From positions 496,001 to 560,000 of the forward strand of contig NZ_JMCB01000002.1 in NCBI RefSeq assembly GCF_000737315.1: DNA of 64,000 nt. Reading direction: 5' to 3'. Positions 7,862-17,190 of the stretch are shown here, piece after piece. The notes under the pieces were generated by a model. It was not told the origin of the DNA. It searched no databases and saw only the letters and a program-made list of their open reading frames with translations. Each line of letters opens with the position of its first letter. Position 1 is the first letter of the stretch. The DNA is from Hyalangium minutum (GTDB lineage: Bacteria > Myxococcota > Myxococcia > Myxococcales > Myxococcaceae). Both the position numbers and the translations under genes were made by a program.

Positions 7862-10459
7862 TCAGGGGAGCTTCTGCTTCGTCGTGAGCACCGGGGCGAA
7901 CAGGTCTCCCACCGCGTCCAGCCGCTTGCGAACAGTTTGGATGTTGAAGCGGCTGGGATCCAGACGCCGGGTGACTTCGCTCCATTGGAGCGGCGCGGAG
8001 AACGAGGCCGCCTCCACCGCGCGCAGCGAGTAGGGCGCCACCACCGTCTTCCCCCGTCCGTTCTGGCCCGCGTCGAGGTAGAGCCGCCCTCCGCGCTTGT
8101 TGATGGCGCGCTCCGTGGTGGCGATGTCCTTCAGCTCCAGCGCCAGCTGGTTGGCGATGTCGTTCGCGAACCGCATGGCCTGCTCGTGGGTGTACCCGGC
8201 GCGCAGTGGGACGAGCACGTGGAGACCCCGCTTGCCGGACGTCTTCGGGAAGCTCTCCAGCCCCAGCGACTCCAGCTTCTTGCGCATCGCCGTGGCCACG
8301 CGGATGAGGTCCTCCCAGGTCCCCTTGCCTGGGTCCAGATCGAACAGCACCCAGTCCGGGCTCGTGAGCGTCGGCGCGTGGCTGGACCACATGTGCATCG
8401 TTAGCGCCGACTGGTTGGCCAGCCACAGGAGCGCGTCCGGTGTCTTCGCGTTCACGTGGTCGATCGTCCGGTTCAGGTGCTTCACGCGCAGGGTCGGCAC
8501 CCAGTCGGGCTTGCCGGACAGCTCGTGCTTGAAGAAGCCGGGCGCCAGGATGCCCGCAGGCCACTGCTGCACCGAGATGGGACGGTCCGCCAGCACTGGC
8601 AGCATCAGCGGCGCCACCTGGCGGTAGAACTCGAAGACGTCCTCCTTGGTGTACCCGCCCTTCGGGTACAGCACCCGGTCACCGCTCGTCAGCCGCGCCA
8701 GACTTGTCTTGGCCGGAGCGCCCTCCTGCCTCGGGAGCTTCGCGGTCCGGGCCGCCAGAGCGCCCGGCGCCCGGCGCGTACCCGTGTTCCGGGTGGCCGC
8801 GCGCTTCGTGGCTGTGCGCTTCGTCGCCGTGCGCTTCGTGGCCGCACGTGTGCGAGGCACGGGGGCGGTCTCCACCGGCTCGGGTTCGGCGGTTCGGGCC
8901 TTGCTCCGGGCCGTGGGGCTGGGCCGCTCGCGGATGACTTCTTCGGGCTTCTTGTCCGTGCGCAGACCCTGGAACACCGGGTGCCGCAGGCGGCCGTCGT
9001 CCGTCCACTCGGTGAAGTGGACCTGGGCCACATACTTGGGCCGCACCCAGACCGCACCTGGGCGCTTCTTCGCATCCACCGCCACGGGCTTGTCCACCCG
9101 GATCTTCTCCAGCAGCTCCCGCAGCTGGTGCCGCATCTTCGTGTCGAAGCCCGTGCCCACCTTGCCCACGTCGCGGTAGCCGTCCGGCCCGTTCACGCCC
9201 ACCAGCAGCGCGCCGATCTCCTTGGCCGAGTGCTCGTTCTTGATGGGCAGGAACCCGAGGATGACGACCTCCTGGCCAGCGATGACCTTGAGCTTCAGCC
9301 ACTGCCCCGAGCGCGAGCCCACGTACGCTGAGCCCTTCCGCTTGGCGATCAGCCCCTCCCAGCCGTGCCGCTGCGCCTCCTTCAGCGCGCGCTCCATCGG
9401 CATGTTCATCCGCTCGGCCAGCTGCAGCGGGGGCTTCACGCCCGAGAACAGGCTCTCCAGCAGCTCGCGCCGGGCCTCCAGCGGCTTGTCCCGCAGGTCA
9501 TGCCCGTCCAGCCACAGCAAGTCGAAGGCGACGAAGCGCAGTTCCCCGCCGCTCTGGTTCTGGAGCAGTTGGAAGCTGGAGCGCCCCTTCTTGTCCAGGG
9601 CGACCACCTCGCCATCAATCACCGCTTCCGGCACGCGCAGCCGCCGCAGCGCCTCCGCCACCGTGGGAAAGCGCCCGGACAGGTCATTGCCGTTGCGGCT
9701 CTTGAAGACGAGCCCACTGCCAGAGAGCGAGGCGATGGCGCGGAAGCCGTCGTACTTGATCTCGAAGACGTGCGTGGCGTCGCTGGCCTCCTCGGGAGTG
9801 GACAGCTTCGCGAGCATGGGCGGCCACACGCGCTGGAGGATCGTCTCCGCCGGAGGGTGCACCCGCTCCAGCGCGCTCTTGCGCACCGGGCCGCGCGTCT
9901 CGCGGCGGCCGGACTTCACGGACTCGGGGCGCTCGGCCACCACGTCGTAGTCCGGCTTCTCCTGGCCGTCGATCGACTTGAAGCACAGCCACTGGTTCTT
10001 CCGCCCATTCCCTCGCGTGCGGATGAGGTGCCAGCGGCCCTGCAGCTTGTCGCCGTGCAGGTCCACCACCAGGTGGCCCTTCTCGCGCTGCTCGTAGGCC
10101 TTGCCGGGTGGCACCGTCTCGTAGGTGCCTTCGTCCCAGAGCAGCGAGTCCCCGCCGCCATACTCCTCGTCTGGGATGCGGCCCTCGAAGCGGGCGTAGG
10201 ACATGGGGTGGTCCTCGGTCTCCACCGCCAGCCGCTTCTGCTTCGGGTCGTAGCTGGGACCCTTGGGAATCGCCCAGCTCGCCAGCGCGCCGTCGATCTC
10301 CAGGCGCAAGTCATAGTGCATCCGCGTGGCGTCGTGCTTGTGCACCACGAAGAGGGCCTCTGCGCCGCGCTTCTTCAGCGACACATCCGGCGAGGGCTCG
10401 GGCGTCTTCTGGAAGTCGCGCTTGGCGCGGTAGGTCTGGAGCGATCGTCTGGCTTTCAC
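7862..10459 (-). CDS. ligD: Multifunctional NHEJ DNA ligase D (phosphoesterase-ligase-polymerase)
   Basis: N-terminal PE (FVVHKHDATRMHYDLRLE), ligase motif I EIKYDGFR, EGLIAK, C-terminal primase-polymerase (LFDLDP, KTSGKRGLHV). Confidence 0.95.
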   Translation of the reverse strand: MKARRSLQTYRAKRDFQKTPEPSPDVSLKKRGAEALFVVHKHDATRMHYDLRLEIDGALASWAIPKGPSYDPKQKRLAVETEDHPMSYARFEGRIPDEEYGGGDSLLWDEGTYETVPPGKAYEQREKGHLVVDLHGDKLQGRWHLIRTRGNGRKNQWLCFKSIDGQEKPDYDVVAERPESVKSGRRETRGPVRKSALERVHPPAETILQRVWPPMLAKLSTPEEASDATHVFEIKYDGFRAIASLSGSGLVFKSRNGNDLSGRFPTVAEALRRLRVPEAVIDGEVVALDKKGRSSFQLLQNQSGGELRFVAFDLLWLDGHDLRDKPLEARRELLESLFSGVKPPLQLAERMNMPMERALKEAQRHGWEGLIAKRKGSAYVGSRSGQWLKLKVIAGQEVVILGFLPIKNEHSAKEIGALLVGVNGPDGYRDVGKVGTGFDTKMRHQLRELLEKIRVDKPVAVDAKKRPGAVWVRPKYVAQVHFTEWTDDGRLRHPVFQGLRTDKKPEEVIRERPSPTARSKARTAEPEPVETAPVPRTRAATKRTATKRTATKRAATRNTGTRRAPGALAARTAKLPRQEGAPAKTSLARLTSGDRVLYPKGGYTKEDVFEFYRQVAPLMLPVLADRPISVQQWPAGILAPGFFKHELSGKPDWVPTLRVKHLNRTIDHVNAKTPDALLWLANQSALTMHMWSSHAPTLTSPDWVLFDLDPGKGTWEDLIRVATAMRKKLESLGLESFPKTSGKRGLHVLVPLRAGYTHEQAMRFANDIANQLALELKDIATTERAINKRGGRLYLDAGQNGRGKTVVAPYSLRAVEAASFSAPLQWSEVTRRLDPSRFNIQTVRKRLDAVGDLFAPVLTTKQKLP
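8801..8845 (-). repeat. 3 x 15-bp tandem repeat encoding a basic ATKRT linker inside ligD
   Basis: + strand GCGCTTCGTGGCTGT GCGCTTCGTCGCCGT GCGCTTCGTGGCCGC; protein TRAATKRTATKRTATKRAAT. Confidence 0.85.
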
Positions 10460-10821
10460 CCCTCAAGACTCCGCATTGCCCCAGCAGCGTGCAATTCGAG
10501 CAGACGAGGGAGAACTCCAGCCGGAAGACACCAGGCGCCCCAGGCCCCCGCCTCACGGCCGGAGGGTTGTTCAACCGACCGGTCCGACTCAGAACCCGGG
10601 CCTTGGGGCGCTCCACCGTCCCCCGTGGGCGCGCTCATTCCCCGTGAGGGGCACGAGCACACCACGCGTCGAAGCACTCAGAAGTGCTCCGCACCACAAT
10701 GTGAAGATAAAGGCCTCGGAACATGCCGCCAGCGGACTTGACTGGCTCGCCCGGTCACCGCCCGGAGGAGCACCTCGGCCTGCGAGAGGCCATGCACATC
10801 CTTGAGAGCACGGAGGACTTC

Positions 10822-11133
10822 ATGACCGAGGTCATCGGGTGGTTCAGCTCTTTCGTTCTCGTGCTGACCATTGGGAAGCAGGTGCACAAGCAGTGGAAGT
10901 CGGGCTCCAGCGAGGGCGTGTCCAAGTGGCTCTTCGTCGGGCAGATCACCGCGTCTATCGGCTTTACGCTCTACAGCGTCCTGGTGCGCAACTGGGTGTT
11001 CGTGGTGACCAACGCCCTGCTGCTGCTGAGCGCCATCATGGGCGGCGTCATCGTGATGAAGCACCGGCGCGCCGAGCGGCGAGGCATGCGCCCCGCCGGG
11101 CCGTCCCGGCCCACACGGACCGTGCGGGCCTGA
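10822..11133 (+). CDS. PQ-loop/SemiSWEET-like small membrane protein
   Basis: GGAGGA RBS; three hydrophobic helices; KQVHKQWKSGSSEGVS and NWVFVVTN motifs. Confidence 0.75.
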   Translation: MTEVIGWFSSFVLVLTIGKQVHKQWKSGSSEGVSKWLFVGQITASIGFTLYSVLVRNWVFVVTNALLLLSAIMGGVIVMKHRRAERRGMRPAGPSRPTRTVRA

Positions 11134-11212
11134 GCCGCTCCTCGCTCGAGCGCCGTCAACTCGGGCCCCGCCCTTCTGCCGAGCTGGAAAGGCGGGGCGA
11201 GCGGGAGCCTGC

Positions 11213-11521
11213 TCAGATGAGCGGGCGCGGCTGACGGCTCATCTCCTCCGGGCCCTTCAGGATGGAGGCATGGCCGCCGTGCTGCAGGCGCTGCTCCTCG
11301 TCGTAGGGCGCGGAGAACGTCTTCACCAGCTTGTTGTAGGTGCCCAGGATGAGGATGGTCGGCGCCCACTGGCCCACGAAGTTGGCCCACGTCTTGCGGT
11401 TGAGCAGCATCAGGGTGGCGCTCACCGCCATCGCTCCAAGGGCCAACCCGAGGAAGCCCACGGAGGGAACGCGCTTGGTCATCTGCTCGATGCTCGAAGT
11501 CGCTACGTCTTCGTTCTTCAT
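11213..11521 (-). CDS. Small membrane-associated hypothetical protein
   Basis: GGGAGG RBS; IEQMTKRVPS...FVGQWAPTILILGTYNKLVK pattern seen in small stress-type proteins. Confidence 0.75.
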   Translation of the reverse strand: MKNEDVATSSIEQMTKRVPSVGFLGLALGAMAVSATLMLLNRKTWANFVGQWAPTILILGTYNKLVKTFSAPYDEEQRLQHGGHASILKGPEEMSRQPRPLI

Positions 11522-11675
11522 GTCCAGGGTCCTCCCGGAAAGGGTGTGCGGCAAAAGTGCGCATGACGCGATCGCTGTCATGCCCTGCCTGCCTGTCTGC
11601 TCCATGGGCGGCCCCGGGAGCCGGGTTGGCGCCCGTCTCCGGCCCAACCACATTGCCTGGGTTCTGCGAGGAGGC

Positions 11676-12167
11676 ATGGAGATGGCAGAGAAGTCCGAGG
11701 TGGCGAAGCTGCGCAGTCTGGCTCAGTTGGATGCGGATGCGGTGGGGGCCTACGACGCGGCCATTGCCCGGGTGAGCGAACCCCTGGTGCGCGAGCGGCT
11801 CAATGACTTCCGGGTGGATCACGTGCGGCACGTGCAAGACTTGAACGCGCTCATCCAGCGCTTGGGCGGTGAGGCGGTGGAGCTCAAGCCGGATCTCAAG
11901 GGTGCCGCGATGAAGGGGCTCACGGCGGTGACGAGCATGATGGGCACCGAGGCGGCCCTGGTGGCCATGTTGGGCAACGAGGAGTTCTCCAACCGGGCCT
12001 ATGAGCTGGCCCTCCAGTTCGACTGGAGCCCGGAAGTCCGCGCCCTCATCCAGAAGAACCGCGAGGATGAGTACCGGCACGTGACGTGGATCCGCGACGC
12101 GGTCCGCACCCGTCCTTGGCTCAAGGACGGTGCCCGCGCCGACGAAGGCACCGAAATCCAGGCCTGA
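11676..12167 (+). CDS. Ferritin-like four-helix-bundle protein (DUF2383-like)
   Basis: GAGGAGG RBS; DHVRH and DEYRH metal-ligand motifs. Confidence 0.8.
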   Translation: MEMAEKSEVAKLRSLAQLDADAVGAYDAAIARVSEPLVRERLNDFRVDHVRHVQDLNALIQRLGGEAVELKPDLKGAAMKGLTAVTSMMGTEAALVAMLGNEEFSNRAYELALQFDWSPEVRALIQKNREDEYRHVTWIRDAVRTRPWLKDGARADEGTEIQA

Positions 12168-12263
12168 GCGCCGGAAAAAAAGCAGGCCGCCCGATATGCC
12201 GGGCCCCGGTAGACGTTAAGCTCACGGGAATTTCCGTCCATTTTCCCAGGAGAGGGGCCTGGC

Positions 12264-13787
12264 ATGCGTTTGGCGGTCTTCGCTGTGGCGATTGTCGGAG
12301 TCTTGCTGGGAGGCTGTGCCACGAGCCGGGGGGGAAGCGGCATCCCCGCCGAGGAGGCCCTCTATGACATGCCCCTCGAGGAGATCTGGCCCTCGGTTCG
12401 CCAGTTCTTCACCGACACCGGCCTGTCTTTCCGTGAGGACGTCGGTACCTTCGTGCTGGAGACGGAGTGGCGCGAGGAGTTCGGTGGCTCGCGGGTGTCT
12501 GGTTACTGGCACCGCTACATGGTGGTGGGCAAGCGCGACACCCCCACCTCCAGCAAGCTCTGGGTCTTCCGCATCACCCGCACCGCCAACAGCACGCTGG
12601 CCAACCCAGGCTCTCAGATCTCCTGGGGCGTGAGCCGCTCGCTGGGTGGAGCTGACGGGCTCATTGGCGACGACGCCGCCGGGGGGGAGGCAAGCGGGCT
12701 GGCCAACAACAGCATCGAGGACATGTCCGCGTTCATGGAGCAGCCGCGCGGCGAGAACGCCATCTCGGCGGGCTCGCGGGATGGCCAGCGCGACCTGGTG
12801 ATGGAGTGGAAGGTGTTCCACGGGATTGCGCCCCACCTGGCGAAGATCCGTGAGGAGCAGCTGGCCAAGCAGGGCGGCTCGGGGCAGGTGGTGGCGGCGC
12901 TGCCGAAGCTCAAGAGCGAGCCCGCGGCCAAGCTGGGCATCGAGTGCGGGATGACCATCCTCGGCCTGCTGCCGCAGGCCAAGCCTGGCTCGGTGATGAT
13001 GCTGGGCGAGCTGCACGGCACCCAGGAGGTGCCCCGGTTCGTGGCGCAGGGCGCTTGCCAGGTGGCCTCCTCGGGCACGCCGATGACGGTGGGCCTGGAG
13101 CTGCCGGTGGAGAACCAGGCGCGGGTGAGCGCCTTCCTGCGCAGCGCCGGTACGGATGACGACTGGCTGAAGCTGATGGAGGCGCCCTTCTGGCGCAGCC
13201 CCTTCCCGGACGGGCGCAGCAGCGAGGGCATGGCGAACCTGCTGGAGCAACTGCGCCGGCTGCGCTCCCAGGGGCTGGACGTGGACGCCTTCGTGTTCGA
13301 CCACCCCAAGGCCCAGGGTCAGGAGCGCGAGAATGCCATGGCCGAGACGGTGCTCTCCTACGTGCGCAAGGGCCCAGGCCGCTTCTTCATGGTGGTGTCC
13401 GGCAACATCCACCCGCGCACCGCTCAGGGCCTGCCCTGGGACAAGAAATACAAGCCCATGGGCCTGCTCATCTCCCAAGAGGTGGACGACACCCTCGCCC
13501 TGGACATGGCCTACAACAGTGGCACGGCGTGGATCTGCGCGGCAGGCACCCAGAGCGACAAGCTGGAGTGCGGGGTGAAGGACACCCGCGGCAAGGACAA
13601 CGGGGACCGCTACTTCGTCCACCTGTGGGATGACGAGGACGGCAACGGCTTCCACGGCGTGTTCTACGTGGGCCCGGTGACGGCCTCGCTGCCCGCGGTG
13701 CGCCGGGGGCTGGGGCGCCCGGGGGCGGATGACAACTCCGTCCACCCGGTGCTGGGGCAGGAGCGCCCCCGGTTCTCCCGCCGTTGA
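12264..13787 (+). CDS. Lipoprotein with C-terminal erythromycin-esterase/ChaN-like domain
   Basis: Lipobox LLGGC; MMLGELHGTQE...VGLE...GNIH motifs of the EreA/ChaN-like superfamily. Confidence 0.7.
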   Translation: MRLAVFAVAIVGVLLGGCATSRGGSGIPAEEALYDMPLEEIWPSVRQFFTDTGLSFREDVGTFVLETEWREEFGGSRVSGYWHRYMVVGKRDTPTSSKLWVFRITRTANSTLANPGSQISWGVSRSLGGADGLIGDDAAGGEASGLANNSIEDMSAFMEQPRGENAISAGSRDGQRDLVMEWKVFHGIAPHLAKIREEQLAKQGGSGQVVAALPKLKSEPAAKLGIECGMTILGLLPQAKPGSVMMLGELHGTQEVPRFVAQGACQVASSGTPMTVGLELPVENQARVSAFLRSAGTDDDWLKLMEAPFWRSPFPDGRSSEGMANLLEQLRRLRSQGLDVDAFVFDHPKAQGQERENAMAETVLSYVRKGPGRFFMVVSGNIHPRTAQGLPWDKKYKPMGLLISQEVDDTLALDMAYNSGTAWICAAGTQSDKLECGVKDTRGKDNGDRYFVHLWDDEDGNGFHGVFYVGPVTASLPAVRRGLGRPGADDNSVHPVLGQERPRFSRR

Positions 13788-13851
13788 CCGGTGCACCCGA
13801 GGCTCGCGGCACTGCTGCGAGCCCCCCGGGCGGTAGCGTAGGCTGCCGCGC

Positions 13852-15240
13852 GTGAGCGAACTCACCGTCTATCAGCCGGACTTCCTCTATCGGGACGGCC
13901 GGTTTCACTCGGGCGCCTCCCTGCACGTGGGCGCCCATGGCCGCATCCTCCCGGAGGGGCCTGTGCCCGAGGGCGCGCGGGTGGTCCGCCTGCCCGGGCG
14001 CGCGCTGCTGCCGGGGCTCGTCAACGGGCACTCGCACGCCTTCCAGCGCCTCATCCGTGGACGCACGGAGTACGTGGCCGCGGGCCACGGCACGGATGAC
14101 TTCTGGAGCTGGCGCGAGGCCATGTACCGCGCCGCCGAGGCCTTGAATCCCGAGGAGGTCTACACCGCCTCGCGGCAGGCCTTCCTGGAGATGCTGCTGG
14201 CCGGCATCACCTCCGTGGGCGAGTTCCACTACCTGCACCACCAGCCGGATGGCACGCCGTACGTGGAGCGCAATGCGCTGGCCTTCGAAGTGATTCGCGC
14301 CGCGCGGGACGTGGGGCTGCGGATCGTGCTGCTGCGCGTGGGCTATGCGCGCGCGGGCTTCCGCGTGCCAGAGAACCCCCGGCAGCGGCGGTTCATCGAC
14401 AGGGACGTGGACACCTTCCTGGCCTCGGTGCAGGAGCTCGCCCGGGAGATGGAGGGACAGGCCGGGGTGAGCGTGGGGCTGGCGCCGCACAGCGTGCGCG
14501 CGGTGCCTCGGGAGTGGCTCACCACGCTCGCGGGACTGCGCGGCGGGAACATGCCCATGCACATGCATGTGGCCGAGCAGCCCAAGGAGCTCGAGGCCTG
14601 CGTGGCCGAGTACGGCCTGCGGCCCGTGGAGCTGCTCGAGGAGCTGGGGCTGCTGGAGCCGCGCTTCACCGCCGTGCACGCGGTGCATGTGACGGAGGAC
14701 GAGGCCCGGATGCTGGGGGAAGTCGGCGCGGGCGTGTGTGCGTGCCCCTCCACCGAGCGCAACCTGGGCGATGGCATCGTCCCCGCGGACCGGCTGGTGA
14801 ACGCGGGCGCGCGGCTGTGCCTGGGCTCGGACAGCCAGGCCCGGGTGGATCTGCTCGACGAGGCGCGGCAGCTCGAGGAGCACCTCCGGCTGTCTCGTGT
14901 CCGGCGTGCGGTGCTGGATCCCGGCGGCGGCGCGGTGGATGGGCTGGCGGTCCGGCTGTTCCAGATGGCCACGGTGAATGGCGCCAAGAGCCTGGGGCTG
15001 ACCACGGGTGCGCTGGAGCCCGGCACGCCCGCGGACTTCTTCACGGTGGACCTGCACCACCCCTCGCTGGTGGGCGCGAGCCCCTCATCACTGCTGGCGG
15101 GGCTCGTGTTTGGCGCGGACAAGGCGGCGGTGCGGGACGTGGCGATGGATGGGCGGCTCGTGGTGAAGGACGGACAGCACCCCCGCCAAGAGGAGTCCTC
15201 GCGCGCCTTCCATGCCCTGGCTCGGAGGCTGTACTCGTGA
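13852..15240 (+). CDS. hutF: Formimidoylglutamate deiminase
   Basis: Amidohydrolase HSHAFQR, DDFWSWREAMY, GEFHYLHH, APHSVRAV, CPSTERNLGDG, LGSDS. Confidence 0.92.
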   Translation: MSELTVYQPDFLYRDGRFHSGASLHVGAHGRILPEGPVPEGARVVRLPGRALLPGLVNGHSHAFQRLIRGRTEYVAAGHGTDDFWSWREAMYRAAEALNPEEVYTASRQAFLEMLLAGITSVGEFHYLHHQPDGTPYVERNALAFEVIRAARDVGLRIVLLRVGYARAGFRVPENPRQRRFIDRDVDTFLASVQELAREMEGQAGVSVGLAPHSVRAVPREWLTTLAGLRGGNMPMHMHVAEQPKELEACVAEYGLRPVELLEELGLLEPRFTAVHAVHVTEDEARMLGEVGAGVCACPSTERNLGDGIVPADRLVNAGARLCLGSDSQARVDLLDEARQLEEHLRLSRVRRAVLDPGGGAVDGLAVRLFQMATVNGAKSLGLTTGALEPGTPADFFTVDLHHPSLVGASPSSLLAGLVFGADKAAVRDVAMDGRLVVKDGQHPRQEESSRAFHALARRLYS

Positions 15241-16376
15241 ACGATACGCTGCCCGCGCTGCGGGCCACGTTGGCGGAGCTGGTTGCACTGGACACCACCT
15301 CGGTGCGCCCGAACGCGCCGCTCATCGACTACGCCCAGGCGCGCCTGGAGGCTGCGGGGTTCGTGGCCGAGCGCCTGCTCTACACGGACGATGCGGGTGT
15401 GGAGAAGGTGAACCTGGTGGCGGTGAAGGGAGGCAACGAGGGGCGCGCGGCGCTGGCGCTGGTGGGGCACTCGGACTGCGTGCCGTATGACGCCGCGTGG
15501 AAGGACGCGCTCAAGCTCACCGAGAAAGACGGGCGGCTCTACGGGCGCGGCGCGTGTGACACCAAGGGCTTCATTGCCAGCGCGCTCCATGCGGCCACCC
15601 GGGCGGAGCGGCTGAAGGCGCCGCTGATGGTGGTGCTCACGGCGGACGAGGAGATCGGCCTGGTGGGCGCCAAGAAGCTGGTGGAGGCGGGGAAGGGGCG
15701 GGCGAGGCACGCCATCGTCGGCGAGCCCACCCGGCTTATCCCGGTGCGCGCCAACAAGGGCTACTGCCTGGGCGAGGTGGAGGTGCGGGGCAAGGAGGGG
15801 CACAGCGCGTACCCGGACACGGGGGCGTCGGCCATCTTCCGCGCCAGCCGCTTCCTGCAGAGGCTGGAGCAGGTGGCTCGCACGGTGCTCCGCGAGGAGC
15901 GGGACGCGAGCTTCGAGCCGCCCTACACCACGGTGAACGTGGGGCTCATCCAGGGCGGCAAGGCGAAGAACGTCATCCCCGGCCTGTGCCGCTTCACGGT
16001 GGAGTGGCGGCCCATCCCCGGGCAGTCGCCGCAGCGGGTGGTGGAGCTGATGGAGAGCATCCGTCAGGAGCTGGTGCGCGACGAGCCGGCCTTCGAGGCG
16101 GATATCCGCGTGCTGCGCACCGACAGCGGGGTGAGCACGGCGCCGGACGCCGAGGTGGTGCGCTTCCTCGCGGAGGCCACGGGCAACGCCCCGGAGACGG
16201 TGTCCTTCGGCACGGAGGCCCCGCAGCTCACGGCCCTGGGCGCCGAGGCGGTGGTGTTCGGCCCGGGAGACATCCGCGTGGCCCACCAGACAGGCGAGTA
16301 CGTGCCCATCGAGGACCTGGTGCGCTGCGAGGCGGTGCTCTCGCAGGCCATTGCCCGCTTCTGCGGCGGGAGCTGA
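15237..16376 (+). CDS. argE: Acetylornithine deacetylase (M20A family)
   Basis: GHSDCVP, GRGACDTKG, ADEE, VGEPT, FGTE, AHQTGE motifs; N-terminus like M. xanthus ArgE; GTGA overlap with the hutF stop. Confidence 0.9.
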   Translation: MNDTLPALRATLAELVALDTTSVRPNAPLIDYAQARLEAAGFVAERLLYTDDAGVEKVNLVAVKGGNEGRAALALVGHSDCVPYDAAWKDALKLTEKDGRLYGRGACDTKGFIASALHAATRAERLKAPLMVVLTADEEIGLVGAKKLVEAGKGRARHAIVGEPTRLIPVRANKGYCLGEVEVRGKEGHSAYPDTGASAIFRASRFLQRLEQVARTVLREERDASFEPPYTTVNVGLIQGGKAKNVIPGLCRFTVEWRPIPGQSPQRVVELMESIRQELVRDEPAFEADIRVLRTDSGVSTAPDAEVVRFLAEATGNAPETVSFGTEAPQLTALGAEAVVFGPGDIRVAHQTGEYVPIEDLVRCEAVLSQAIARFCGGS

Positions 16377-16487
16377 GCGGCTCCGCTCGCGCGGGGGGCA
16401 GCCAGGGGATCGAGCGGGTCTCGGCTGCCTGCCTCGCATTCACGGCGTGTCTACCGTGAACCGGTAGGCACTTGTGGAGGAGAGGCC

Positions 16488-17189
16488 ATGGCTCAATCGA
16501 ACTGGCGGCGCGCGCTGGTGGCGGCAGTGCTCGGGGCGTCTGTGGGGCTCCTGGGCGGCTGCGGCACCAGCGGGAACACTGAGGTGAAGGACTCCTGGAT
16601 GGCTCGTGTCCCCGAGGAGCGGATGGGGAGCGTGCGGGAGGCCCAGGCGTACAAACGGCAGGCCGCGGACGAGGTGGCGCGTGCCAACGTGGCGATCGGC
16701 GACGCCGAGCGTGCGCAGGAGGTGGCTCGCCGGAACGTGGAGGCCGCCAAGCTCCGCCGGGACGCGGAGAAGGCTCAGCTGAAAGCGGCCCAGGAGACGG
16801 GGCAGCAGAGCGGCATCCAATCGGCGGAGGCACAGCTCCAGGTGGCGGAGGCGGAGTTCGCGGCGGCCAAGGCCCAGGTGGACTGGCGAGACCAGAACCT
16901 GGAGGCCTGGAAGGCGCAGAGGCAGCTCCGGGAGCGCGAGCTCAAGGTGGCGGATGCCGAGCTGAACTACGCGCAGTACCGGGCCCTGAAGGAGAACGGG
17001 GACGTGCGGGCGCAGAAGCTCACCGAGGGGGACTTCCTCTCTACCCTCGACAAGGCCCGGAAGGAGGCCCGGGAGGCGCGGCGCGACGCGGATGAGCAGA
17101 CGCAGCAGGCCCGGCAGGCGCGCCTGCAGTGGGAGCAGCTCCGCGAGCGGGCGCAGGGGTACGGCGGCAGCGGCTGGAACCGGCGCTGA
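16488..17189 (+). CDS. Coiled-coil lipoprotein, unknown function
   Basis: GGAGGAG RBS; lipobox LLGGC; A/E/Q/R-rich heptads. Confidence 0.8.
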   Translation: MAQSNWRRALVAAVLGASVGLLGGCGTSGNTEVKDSWMARVPEERMGSVREAQAYKRQAADEVARANVAIGDAERAQEVARRNVEAAKLRRDAEKAQLKAAQETGQQSGIQSAEAQLQVAEAEFAAAKAQVDWRDQNLEAWKAQRQLRERELKVADAELNYAQYRALKENGDVRAQKLTEGDFLSTLDKARKEAREARRDADEQTQQARQARLQWEQLRERAQGYGGSGWNRR

Positions 17190-17190
17190 G

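Noticed and set aside
10699-10715. TGTGA half-site upstream of ligD and the PQ-loop gene as another CRP box
   Set aside because: The second half-site is missing (TGTGA-AGATAA-AGGCC).
12168-12200. Rho-independent terminator after the ferritin-like gene
   Set aside because: Weak 6-bp stem, and the A-tract lies inside the loop rather than after the stem.
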